A stretch of 32,000 nt of DNA from a cyanobacterium endosymbiont of Epithemia turgida isolate EtSB Lake Yunoko (GTDB lineage: Bacteria > Cyanobacteriota > Cyanobacteriia > Cyanobacteriales > Microcystaceae), in NCBI RefSeq assembly GCF_000829235.1, contig NZ_AP012549.1, forward strand, positions 240,001 through 272,000. The letters are read 5' to 3'. Below are positions 18,937 to 28,609 of the stretch, one piece after another (the stretch's first letter is position 1; the number at the start of each line of letters is the position of its first letter). The notes below the pieces were generated by a model, which searched no databases, was not told where the DNA came from, and saw only the letters and a program-made list of their open reading frames with translations. The position numbers were made by a program, and so were the translations under genes.

Positions 18937-20415
18937 TTATACACAATCATTTTCGAGATCATCGGGTTTATTATGAACTCCTAAACGTTCTATCAGGGTA
19001 GCACTCGCTTCGTTGAGGCCGACTAGATCAACTTTGATGTTATGTTTACGGAACCGTAAGACAACCTTATCTACAGCATCGACGGCAGAGTGATCCCACA
19101 AATGAGCATGAGTTAAATCAATAATTACTCTTTGCAGGGGTTCCTGAAAATCGAACGTACTGATGAAGTTATCAACAGAAACAAAAAATATATGTCCATT
19201 AACACTATAAACTCGTTCATTTCCATCTCCTTTAAGTAGGGAATCTACAAAAATAAGAGAGGCAATTTTACGACTAAAGAAAATAGCACTCATAGCAACT
19301 CCAATAAGCACCCCAATAGCTAGATTATGGGTTAACACAGTAATTAAGACGGTGGTAATCATTACTGCAGTTTCATTCTTCGGAAACTTAGTAATACTGA
19401 GGATGGAATTCCAATTAAAGGTGCTAATAGACACCATAATCATAATTGTTACTAGAGCCGCCATAGGAATTTGTGCTATCCAATCGCCAAAAATTAAAAT
19501 AAAAGTTAAAAGAAAAATTCCAGCACTGAGGGTTGAAAGTCTTGCTCGTCCTCCAGAACGAATATTGATCACAGATTGACCAATCATGGCACATCCAGCC
19601 ATTCCGCCAAAAAATCCCGTCACAATATTTGCTATTCCTTGGGCGATCGCCTCCTGATTTTTATCACTAGATGTATCAGTTAAATCATCAATTACATTAG
19701 CAGTCAAGAAAGATTCCAATAATCCTACCAAAGATAGAGTAAAAGCATAGGGTAGAATGATTTGTAACGTCTCAAAGTTCCAAGGAATTTTTGGTACAAC
19801 AAACACGGGAAGAGTACGAGGAAGACTTCCTATATCCCCAATTGTAGGCAATTGAACCCCTGTAAACAAAGAAAAAATAGTTAAGCCAACGATAGCTACT
19901 AATGGAGAAGGGACAACAGTTGTGAGACGAGGTAAACCGTAAACAATTATCAGCCCCATAGCAACCATCCCGTAAACTAACCAGGAAGCCTCCTTGAATT
20001 GGGGCAACTGGGCGTCAAAAATCAGAATAGCCAGAGCATTAACAAATCCGACCATAACCGCTTTGGGAACAAAGCGCATCTGATAACTAAGTTTGATCCA
20101 ACCTAAAATAATCTGGAGAATCCCTGTTAAGATTGTTGTGGCTAATAGGTATTGTAGTCCATAGTCTTTAACTAAAGTAGTCATCAATAAAGCCATTGCT
20201 CCTGTCGTTGCTGAAATCATCCCAGTCCGACCACCAATAAAGGCAGTAATAGTGGCAATGCAAAAAGAGGAATATAATCCTACTTGAGGGTCAACTCCCG
20301 CGACAATAGAGAAAGCGATAGCTTCAGGAATTAGGGCTAAAGCTATCACAGCTCCTGCCAATAGGTCATTTTTAACATTAGAAAACCAGACTTTTTTGCT
20401 AAAAATTTCATTCAT
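18937..20415 (-). CDS. SulP-family inorganic anion transporter with a C-terminal STAS domain
   Basis: 492-aa ORF with about 10-12 TM segments. It has the SulP N-terminal motif [24 protein letters not shown] and a C-terminal STAS-like region ([23 protein letters not shown]). Confidence 0.92.
   Translation of the reverse strand: MNEIFSKKVWFSNVKNDLLAGAVIALALIPEAIAFSIVAGVDPQVGLYSSFCIATITAFIGGRTGMISATTGAMALLMTTLVKDYGLQYLLATTILTGILQIILGWIKLSYQMRFVPKAVMVGFVNALAILIFDAQLPQFKEASWLVYGMVAMGLIIVYGLPRLTTVVPSPLVAIVGLTIFSLFTGVQLPTIGDIGSLPRTLPVFVVPKIPWNFETLQIILPYAFTLSLVGLLESFLTANVIDDLTDTSSDKNQEAIAQGIANIVTGFFGGMAGCAMIGQSVINIRSGGRARLSTLSAGIFLLTFILIFGDWIAQIPMAALVTIMIMVSISTFNWNSILSITKFPKNETAVMITTVLITVLTHNLAIGVLIGVAMSAIFFSRKIASLIFVDSLLKGDGNERVYSVNGHIFFVSVDNFISTFDFQEPLQRVIIDLTHAHLWDHSAVDAVDKVVLRFRKHNIKVDLVGLNEASATLIERLGVHNKPDDLENDCV
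19643..19650. repeat. Only intact HIP1 octamer (GCGATCGC) seen in the window
   Basis: ggGCGATCGCct inside the SulP gene. Decayed copies are listed in the findings. Confidence 0.9.
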
Positions 20416-22203
20416 ACTTGTTTGACGAATAAAGATGATCTTAAATTAAGCTGCACGGGATTAATGTTATTTTCCTACTAAGTGGGTAACTTCGGTTATG
20501 CTAGCCGATTAATTGATTATTCACTGCATCACTTCATACAGCCACAAAAAATCTAATGCGATACCTCGTTACCTAGCTATTATCTCTGTAACTGTCATTT
20601 CTTTAGTTACTTATAAAAGTAATTACTTATACAATTAATACTAGTAAATTTTTAGCAGATTAGATATAAATATAAACTAATAGTGCTTTACTCTCTAAGT
20701 ACGACTATTAATTTAGCCAAAGATACAAACAATAAAATCTGATTAAAGAATCTAACGTAAGAGGAAATTAAAAACTATATTTTTCTCAATTATTGTAATT
20801 AAAATTTTAGAGGCTTGTAATCATTTATGACTATGCAAACAGCCTTAATTTTTTCTACAAAAAATTACATATATTCCATCTATACTTCCTATAAAAATAT
20901 TCCTTTCCTGAAAGTTATTTTAGACCTTTATCTTTAAAGTTTAAACATGCTCAATAAGCAGTTAATCAAAAATTGTAGTTTCTTTTATTGAATCTAAAGT
21001 CTTAACAAGAAGATTCTTATAATCTACAGATATATTTTAGCATTATAAAACCCTATCTGTAGACTACATACCATTTTTTATGAAAGCTTAAATATGGTAA
21101 TTTTTAGTTGATGATGTTCGGTAAAAAACTTATAAGAATAGGTAAAATTGTTGGGCTATCTTAAAAAGAGGTTAATTATTTACCTCTGAATAAAAGGTAA
21201 AAGAAATTGAACAAGCCAAAAAATTCAAAATAGACATTATACTATAGTTAGTACAGGTAATTTATTAAACAATTGTTTGAATAATGATTAGTTATTTATG
21301 AGATAGTGCTCGCTATACTTTAGATTCACTTGGGTTATAAATAGATACAAAAACAGTTCAATAAGTATGAATTTTAAAAATTATAATCATAGCCAATGTA
21401 TTCTTAAAGTTAGTAGCAGAAAAGGTTATATAATATGCAGCTTTAGTGTGAAAAATATTAGATTATATTAGTGTAAAGTATAGATTATATAAATTAATTG
21501 AAGGAGATTGTTAGTATCAGTACACTACCAGAATAGTATACCAGATTGTAGCCACTAAACACGAAAATAAAAAAATAGATAAACAAAAATAATAACTAAA
21601 CTTTATCAAAAGTATAATAATTACTGCAAATACTTTATGAACGTTTATAAAAACTATTTCTATGACTAAATAATTAATATGTTTTTATAAACAATCAAAT
21701 ATCAATATGTCATTCGCTAAACTTTAATAAAAAGTTAGCTACTAAAAAATATATGGGTTTTTATTATTTTCCAATATCTAGTACAGTTGATTATAAATTC
21801 AGTCAATCTTATCAATTTTTCAAGGGTTACTTTGTTATTAACAATATTTAATATATAAATATTGTTAAATTTTAAAATTTTATTCATTAAAGAATATTAT
21901 ATATACTAAGTTATAACTCGGATTTAACTTAAATTAAAATACTTTAAAGATCAACTAATATTGGTATTTTATGGTGAAGTATTCTGCCTTCAGACCCAAT
22001 GAAGATTAAATTATATCAGATCACTTAAAGATTTCTCTATTTAATAAAATTTTTAATCTTAACCTGAATCTTATTTTAAAACCCTTGTTTAAATTTTTGA
22101 AAATATTAATTTATACAATATAAACTTCACTCTAATTATTAGGGATATAAAATCATTTATATTGGTTAACTTATATTTTAAAGTTTATAACTATTTGTTC
22201 TTA

Positions 22204-22268
22204 AATTCTTAATTAAGCCTTGACAAAAGGTATTTACAGTATCTTTTGTCAAGGCTTAATTAAGAATT
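22204..22268 (-). terminator. Perfect 26-bp-stem hairpin downstream of hemN (terminator-like)
   Basis: AATTCTTAATTAAGCCTTGACAAAAG (22204-22229), 13-nt loop, CTTTTGTCAAGGCTTAATTAAGAATT (22243-22268). It lies 69 nt beyond the hemN stop on the minus strand. There is no clear U-tract. Confidence 0.55.
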
Positions 22269-22336
22269 ATTTCAATATATTATTGTGGAATAATTCGTTA
22301 CTGTTTGTTAGAAATAAGTTCTCAAGCTTAGTTCAC

Positions 22337-23731
22337 TTAAATTGCTTTAGAAAATGATTGTTCTTTACGTCTTTTAAGGTAAATATCAAAGATAGAAACA
22401 ACATTACGAATTAATAATCTTCCAGAAGGTGTAATTTCAATATAATCGCTAAATAATTTGACTAAGCCATCAGCCTCCAGAGATTTTAAGTCTACTAATT
22501 CATGAGCAAAATATTTATCAAAATTAAGATCAAACTGATTATACCTTTGTTCTAAATAAGACTTATTTATTTTAAATTGACACATAAGCTCCATAATGAC
22601 TGCCCGTCGGATAAGATCGTCTCTGTGGAGAATAACGCCTTTTTCAATAGGTAGTTTTTTAGAAATTAGAGAATTATAATAGTCTTTTAATCCTTTATAA
22701 TTCTGAATATAAACATCATTTAACATGCTAATAGATGTTACACCAAACCCAAAGAGATCAGATTCTGGTTTAGTAGTATATCCTTGAAAGTTACGATGTA
22801 ATTTACCTTCTTGTTGAGCAATCGCTAATTCATCATTAGGTCTAGCAAAGTGATCCATACCAATATATATATAACCACTATGATTTAATTTTTCAATAGT
22901 CATTTGAAAAATAGCTAGTTTTTCTGCTGTTTTAGGTAAATCTGTTTCAAAGATATTTTTTTGCACTGCTTTCAACCAAGGCATATAAGCAAAGTTAAAT
23001 AAGGCAATACGATCAGGATTGAGTTCAATGGTCTTTTTAATGGTCTCTTTAAAAGTTTCTAAAGTTTGAAAAGGTAGCCCATAAATTAAGTCAACATTAG
23101 CTCCTTTAAACTCTGCTTCTCGAATCCAACTCATCACATTAAATAGCATAGATTCCGGTTGAATGCGATTGATTGCTGCTTGAACTTTTGAATTAAAATC
23201 TTGAATACCAAAGCTAATCCGATTAAATCCTAATTTTCTTAGAAAGAAAATATAGTTTCTGTTAATATATCGAGGGTTAATTTCAATAGAAATTTCTGCT
23301 TTTTGATCAATATTAAAATTATTAATTAAGCTATTAAATAATTGATCCAGTTGTAGTTGATTTAAATAATTAGGAGTACCGCCTCCCCAATGGATTTGAT
23401 TGACTTTACGAGTAGGGGAGACTAAAGCAGCAATTTGATGAATATCTTGAATTAAATAACTTAAATAAGTAGGAGCAATTCTTTTATTTTTAGTAATGAT
23501 TGTGTTGCAGCCACAAAAATAGCAAGCAGTTTCACAAAAGGGAATATGACAGTAAAGAGAAATAGGTTTTGTTTTGTAATTTTCTACTCCTATTCCTGCC
23601 CAGAAATCTATTTCTTTTACCTCTGTGTTGAATTCAGTAGCAGGGGGATAACTGGTATAACGAGGTACGGATTTATTATATTTATTCAGTAAATAGGCAT
23701 CAACTTGTACATTCTGTGAGTTAATTTTCAT
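22337..23731 (-). CDS. hemN: Oxygen-independent coproporphyrinogen III oxidase (radical SAM)
   Basis: 464-aa ORF with the radical-SAM cluster motif YCHIPFCETACYFCGC, GGGTPNYL, the HemN C-terminal domain, and canonical length. Confidence 0.93.
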   Translation of the reverse strand: MKINSQNVQVDAYLLNKYNKSVPRYTSYPPATEFNTEVKEIDFWAGIGVENYKTKPISLYCHIPFCETACYFCGCNTIITKNKRIAPTYLSYLIQDIHQIAALVSPTRKVNQIHWGGGTPNYLNQLQLDQLFNSLINNFNIDQKAEISIEINPRYINRNYIFFLRKLGFNRISFGIQDFNSKVQAAINRIQPESMLFNVMSWIREAEFKGANVDLIYGLPFQTLETFKETIKKTIELNPDRIALFNFAYMPWLKAVQKNIFETDLPKTAEKLAIFQMTIEKLNHSGYIYIGMDHFARPNDELAIAQQEGKLHRNFQGYTTKPESDLFGFGVTSISMLNDVYIQNYKGLKDYYNSLISKKLPIEKGVILHRDDLIRRAVIMELMCQFKINKSYLEQRYNQFDLNFDKYFAHELVDLKSLEADGLVKLFSDYIEITPSGRLLIRNVVSIFDIYLKRRKEQSFSKAI

Positions 23732-23820
23732 AGATATTAACCATATTTTTAACGGGTTTTAAAAGGATTTTAAAAAAGAGATATATTTTAGGATATATAG
23801 AATTTATAAACAGCTGATAG

Positions 23821-24614
23821 TTTTTGGTTTTGATTATTAAGTGGTTAGTTTTTACTGTCATGAACCGGCTGTTACGATTTTTACATTATGTCCATGACCA
23901 TTATGATGCTCCGCACTACCAGTATGCCTTGACAAGTAATCAACTCAAAAATATGATCATTAGTGGTGGCTTTGGTATCAATTTCTAATTCATAGACTAC
24001 ATCAAAATTCAGTCTAATATAGACATTAATCTTATCAATATTTTTTTAAAACAACTAATCATTAACGATTTTAAAAAATAAAGTATTCTAATATTTCTTT
24101 TTAAAAATTAACCCAGTTTCTGTGATATTAATCTTAGTAAATTTATAAGATTTAGTTCCTTTAACTAAAGTTGATTATAAAGCTAAATAAATAATGTTTT
24201 TTAGCCTTGTTCTCCTGATTAATTACCCCTAAAACAGTAAACCAATAATACAGGTTTCGTCTTAAAAACTTTACGAAAGTAGTCAACATTAACTTTTAGC
24301 TAAAGAATTAATAACTTCTTTACACTAAATTTGCTTCTCAGAAAATAATAAGTAATTACTTAAAACCTGTTAGCAGTTCATTCAATAAAAATAAATCTAA
24401 CTAATTACTAGACAATGATGATAACTTTACAGTTCTTCTAGTATACTGTATAGGGAATAAAAATAAGCTAACAGTTTTCTAAAGATTTTCTGTCTAAAGA
24501 AATTTTAAAAAAGAAAACTTTGAGTGAATACTATATTTCAGCCATAGTGTAATAATTGCTGGTTTTTTGCGTAGTTTTGTAGCTAAATTATTACTTACAA
24601 TTTTTTCCTCATAG
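23821..24614 (+). pseudogene. pflB: 5'-deleted, decayed pyruvate formate-lyase / glycyl-radical enzyme
   Basis: There are colinear matches to E. coli PflB as I recall it. KWLVFTVMNRLLRFLHYVHDHYDAPHYQYAL matches [38 protein letters not shown] matches SLSAIKYA. INNVF*PCSPD* matches TSNVVYGKKTGNTPDGR. STLTFS matches ASLTSV. NNFFTLNL matches GISYTFSI. IIAGFLRSF matches the glycyl-radical motif RVSGYAVRF. The terminal stop is at 24612-24614. There are many in-frame stops and at least one frameshift. Confidence 0.72.
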
Positions 24615-24935
24615 ATGGAATATGCTTTCCTTATAAAGGAAACTAGATAATTAATTGTTGACTAACTTTATGAGTTTACAACTATATTTCGATATATTAA
24701 GCATAATTTTAACAGAACTTAATAAGTTCTTTGGGAAAACTAAACAACTCCAGCAAGAATACCAAAAAAAAGGAGGATTAGTGCCTTCTCTTTTTGGGGC
24801 ATACTGTGAATGGACCTGATTCTTTAAGGAGTTAGGCTGGAGTCCTAAAAAATGTATTTAAGTAATCTAGTTTCCTCTAAAGTTAAATAATGTAGGAAAA
24901 ATACTTAAAGATTAAAATTCAATGAGGATCAGTAA

Positions 24936-25448
24936 ATGATTGAAATGAATGTTGCTGGAATCGCCTTAGATGCTGTTACCCGAAGTCCTATTGTATTACT
25001 TCAAGATGGAGCTGAACGTCGTGCTCTTCCCATTTTTATTGAACAAGATCAGGCAAAATCTATTATTGGGGCTTTGGAAAATCAGACCCCTCTTCGTCCT
25101 TTAACTCATGATTTAATTGTCAATCTATTTCAAGCGTGGGAAATGGAGTTAGACCGTATTATTATCCATTCTCTTCAAAATAAGACGTTTTATTCTGTGC
25201 TATGTTTACATCGAGGAGAAACCAAAAAAGAAATCGATTGTCGTCCCTCTGATGCTATTTCCATCGCTTTGCGCACAGGAAGTCCCATTTGGGTTATGGA
25301 AGAAGTGATTGCTAATGCGTCGATTCCTGTAAATCGGGATGCGGATGAAAAAGAACGCCGCGCTTTTCGTGAATTTGTGGAAAATCTATGTCCAGAAGAT
25401 CTTATCCAACGGCGCAGAGAGGTTCCAGAAGATGATAATGAAAATTAA
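24936..25448 (+). CDS. Bifunctional nuclease family protein (BFN / DUF151)
   Basis: 170-aa ORF matching the DUF151 pattern: V.gi.lD......vvLl.d...r.LPI.I....A..I..al......RPLTHDL.....-...l..v.I......tFYa.l.......idcRPSDAIalAlR...PI.V. Confidence 0.8.
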   Translation: MIEMNVAGIALDAVTRSPIVLLQDGAERRALPIFIEQDQAKSIIGALENQTPLRPLTHDLIVNLFQAWEMELDRIIIHSLQNKTFYSVLCLHRGETKKEIDCRPSDAISIALRTGSPIWVMEEVIANASIPVNRDADEKERRAFREFVENLCPEDLIQRRREVPEDDNEN

Positions 25449-25501
25449 CAACAGTAGGTATAATTTACCTTTAGCTTTTAGCTTTTTATTAAGGTATTAG
25501 C

Positions 25502-26632
25502 ATGCGCTATAGACGTTTTGGCAAAACAAATTTACTCTTATCTGTTTTCTCCTTGGGAACCATGCGTTGTTTGTCTTCTAAGGCTATCTTCGAACAAACT
25601 ATCGAACGGGCGATCACCTTAGGAATAAATCATTTTGAAACGGCAAAAAGTTACGGAAAGAGTGAACATTACTTAGGGCAGTTCCTTGCTCAGCAACCTT
25701 TAACTTGTCGAGAAAACCTTTATATTACAACGAAATTACCACCTACTCCTAACCCCGATCAAATGAGTCAGTGGCTAGATGAATCTTTACAACGTCTTCA
25801 AGTAGACTATTTTGACTGTTTAGCAATTCATGGAATTAACACATGGGACCATTTTCGTTGGCTCACTCAACCTAATGGATGTTGGATAGCATTACAAAAA
25901 GCATTAGACGACAGAAGAATTCATCATCTTGGATTTTCAACTCACGGCAATTTAGACTTAATTTTAGAAACAATCAAAACGAATTTATTTGAATTTGTTA
26001 ATCTTCATTATTATTATTTTTTCCAACGTAATGCGCCCGCAATCGTCCTCGCATCCCAAAAAGATATGGGAATATTTATTATTTCTCCCGGGGATAAAGG
26101 AGGTGGTCTTTATACTCCACCAGACCGCCTAAAAAGCTTGTGTAAGCCGTTTTCTCCTTTGGAATTAACCTATCGATTTTTGTTGAGCGATCAGCGTATT
26201 ACCACTTTAAGTGTAGGTGCAGCAAATCCCGAAGAATTAGCTTGTCCTTTAGAGTTAGAGTTAGACCTAGGGCCTCTTACCTTGAGTGAAATCGAACTCT
26301 TTCAACGTTTAGAAACTCATATAAAAACAACTTTAGGAAGTTATCATTGTCGTCAATGTTATCAATGCCTTCCCTGTCCTGAAAAAATAAATATTCCCGA
26401 AATATTACGATTACATAATCTCGCGGTTGCTTATGACATGACCAATTTTGCCCAATATCGTTATAGGATGTTTGAGAATGCTGCTCATTGGTTTCCAGGA
26501 AATAAAGGTAGCCATTGTACTGAATGTGGAGATTGTCTTCCCCGTTGTCCGGAAAAATTAAACATTCCTAAATTGTTACAAGATAGCCATCAACAATTCA
26601 ATGGTTTACCTCGTCGACGTCTGTGGGAATGA
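25502..26632 (+). CDS. Aldo/keto reductase with a C-terminal 2x[4Fe-4S]-type cysteine domain
   Basis: 376-aa ORF. It has the AKR N-terminal core (MRYRRFGKT..., FETAKSYG, LAIHGIN) plus CRQCYQCLPCPEKINIP and CTECGDCLPRCPEKLNIP cysteine motifs. Confidence 0.85.
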   Translation: MRYRRFGKTNLLLSVFSLGTMRCLSSKAIFEQTIERAITLGINHFETAKSYGKSEHYLGQFLAQQPLTCRENLYITTKLPPTPNPDQMSQWLDESLQRLQVDYFDCLAIHGINTWDHFRWLTQPNGCWIALQKALDDRRIHHLGFSTHGNLDLILETIKTNLFEFVNLHYYYFFQRNAPAIVLASQKDMGIFIISPGDKGGGLYTPPDRLKSLCKPFSPLELTYRFLLSDQRITTLSVGAANPEELACPLELELDLGPLTLSEIELFQRLETHIKTTLGSYHCRQCYQCLPCPEKINIPEILRLHNLAVAYDMTNFAQYRYRMFENAAHWFPGNKGSHCTECGDCLPRCPEKLNIPKLLQDSHQQFNGLPRRRLWE

Positions 26633-26662
26633 TTTGTTTATGATTAAGTCCCACGGTCTTTT

Positions 26663-27283
26663 TTAATCCATTCTGTACTTTTCCCAAGTTACTAAATCTT
26701 CGGGACGATCTATATCAGACAAAACAGATAAAACAAATGTATTTAGTTTTAGTTGTCGAGCAATAATTTTAGTTTTAGATAAGACTTCATTTGTTCCCCA
26801 AGGAATATTTTGAAACAACTCAGGAATCATTGTTCTTAATCCAATCAAATAGTAACCACCATCAGATGCTTCTCCTAAGACTAAATCATTTTTATCTAAC
26901 AACTCGAAAGCATTCCTGATAATTTTTATATTCAAATCAGGACAATCAATTCCAATAATGACTACTCTAGAAAATTTTAATTTAAAAGAATCCTCGAAAG
27001 CCAACTTCATTCGATTCCCTAAATCTTCCTCATGTTGAGGACAATAATTTAAATCATTTCCCAACCAACTCTCCATAGATTTTTGACTACCTCCTGTATA
27101 GTAAACAGCGGTAGAAATTTCTTTCGTTAATTTTCTTACTTCTGCTATCGTGTGCTCTGTAAGTTGAAGCTGTAACTCTGCTGCACCTTCTGCACCTAAA
27201 GCTGGAATCAAGCGCGTTTTAGTTTTTTTAGGTTCGGGATAACGAGTAAAAACAATTAATCGGTGGCAATTATTATTAGTCAT
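26663..27283 (-). CDS. DUF2064 / TIGR04282-family glycosyltransferase-like protein
   Basis: 206-aa ORF with family-typical motifs: LIVFTRYPEPKKTKTRLIP.LG...AA, IGIDCPDL, DGGYYLIGL and WGT..V. Confidence 0.75.
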   Translation of the reverse strand: MTNNNCHRLIVFTRYPEPKKTKTRLIPALGAEGAAELQLQLTEHTIAEVRKLTKEISTAVYYTGGSQKSMESWLGNDLNYCPQHEEDLGNRMKLAFEDSFKLKFSRVVIIGIDCPDLNIKIIRNAFELLDKNDLVLGEASDGGYYLIGLRTMIPELFQNIPWGTNEVLSKTKIIARQLKLNTFVLSVLSDIDRPEDLVTWEKYRMD

Positions 27284-27811
27284 TTTACTGGCTTATCATT
27301 GATAAATTAAGCTATTAATGTAGATACTATTTATCTAGTAAGCGTTAACGATAATTCAATGTTGGGTTTTTAAGTATATTAATGTTATGATCTGAAACTT
27401 TTTGTACCTTTCTAATAAATAAGAAAAAGGGTATTCAACTAATAAGTTGACAATTAAAAGAGTGAGCTGACCATGACACAAAATTATACTGATTGGTCAA
27501 TTAAGATTAAAAACTTAAGCTAATAGCAGCATGTAAAATTCCATGAAAGATCGTTTTTACTTTGAAAAAGATGGATCAAACCTTGTACATGTAAACCTAC
27601 ACTAGTATGGTTTCATCACTAGCTTGAGGGATATAAATTTATAAAATTTATCCTAGAATTAGTTTTAACTTTTGTCTTAAAATTTAGTTAACCAGTCTCA
27701 ATTCTTTTTATAAAGACTTACTCGAAAAATACACAAAAATATCGTTTTGTACATTATCCTAATGAATAGCAACCAGGAATTTGTTATGAGCGTAAATCTT
27801 AGTCAAGGACA

Positions 27812-27864
27812 ACAAAGAGCAAGAAATTTCTCATGAATCATTTCTGATTGCTATAGTTAATTGG
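27812..27864. repeat. Copy B of the dispersed ~53-nt repeat (partner at 4203-4256)
   Basis: The core 27823-27855 (gaaatttctcatgaatcatttctgattgctata) matches 4213-4245 at 29 of 33 positions. It lies in the spacer downstream of the rbp gene. Confidence 0.6.
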
Positions 27865-27965
27865 TAAACCTCAAAAATAGCCTGGAGATCTTGTACACAA
27901 CGTCTTTAGGAAAATCTGGTCATATAATTTAGATTTATCTGAAGAAATTCCAAGCCACAGGAGGA

Positions 27966-27989
27966 CCACACCTCTTTAAAGTGGTGTGG
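27966..27989 (-). terminator. Hairpin downstream of the rbp gene (possible terminator or 3' stabiliser)
   Basis: CCACACC (27966-27972) / GGTGTGG (27983-27989), 19 nt beyond the stop on the minus strand. No U-tract follows. Confidence 0.35.
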
Positions 27990-28007
27990 CAAATAATGTC
28001 AGGCAGT

Positions 28008-28301
28008 TTAAAAACGGTTCCGTCCGCGTCCGCCACCATAACCTCCACCACCCCGCTGTTCACGCTCTCTAGCTTTGTTGACTTTGAGAGTACGTCCCAT
28101 CCACTCAGCTCCATCAAGAGTCTCGATGGCTTTATCTTCTTCATTAACTGAGTTCATTTCAACAAATGCAAAGCCACGCATCCGACCAGTTTCCCGGTCA
28201 GTTGGGACATACACTCTTTTGACTGAACCATATTCGGCGAAGACCGAATTAAGATCATCTTCCGTAACATCGTAAGAAAGGTTGCCTACATAAATGGACA
28301 T
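28008..28301 (-). CDS. Glycine-rich RRM-type RNA-binding protein (cyanobacterial Rbp class I)
   Basis: 97 aa counted from MSIYVGNLSYDV (RNP2), with RGFAFVEM (RNP1) and a GGGGYGGGRGRNRF tail. GGAG lies 7 nt upstream of the ATG at 28301. The 132-aa track ORF (to 28406) adds a non-homologous leader that overlaps the predicted promoter. Confidence 0.9.
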   Translation of the reverse strand: MSIYVGNLSYDVTEDDLNSVFAEYGSVKRVYVPTDRETGRMRGFAFVEMNSVNEEDKAIETLDGAEWMGRTLKVNKAREREQRGGGGYGGGRGRNRF

Positions 28302-28335
28302 AGATTGTCTCCATTGACGACTGATGTGTGTAGAG

Positions 28336-28364
28336 ATATTAGATTTCGGAGAGCATCTTGCCAA
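28336..28364 (-). promoter_or_regulatory. Candidate sigma70-type promoter of rbp
   Basis: On the minus strand: TTGGCA (28364-28359), exactly 17 nt of spacer, TAATAT (28341-28336). This predicts a 5' UTR of about 30 nt. Confidence 0.45.
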
Positions 28365-28609
28365 GACAAAACGGGAAAAACCTGTCAATGCTAATAACAA
28401 ACTCAAAACCGATACTCAAACTCTCATTATTTCAATCATAGCACTTTCAGAACAAGAAAGAAACATTTTAGACAACTCGGTACATCTTTACTCAAAAGAA
28501 TCACCTAACTTTACTTTGAAAAAATTTGTTAAGATCCATTGTGTTAATTTTTTTTTCATATTTTTTTCTTGCTTCTTTATCCTAAAATTCCCTATCGATC
28601 TAAAACCTA

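Noticed and set aside
19352-19579. 75-aa + strand ORF
   Set aside because: It is antisense inside the SulP transporter gene and is a shadow ORF.
24936-27283. Idea that BFN nuclease, Fe-S aldo/keto reductase and DUF2064 form an unusual operon or defence system
   Set aside because: The DUF2064 gene is on the opposite strand (convergent). All three families are widespread conserved cyanobacterial genes, and there are no accessory-gene hallmarks.
27935-28275. ORFs 27935-28144 (-) and 28075-28275 (+) overlapping rbp
   Set aside because: They are off-frame or antisense shadows of the RRM gene. The first also runs through the rbp downstream hairpin.
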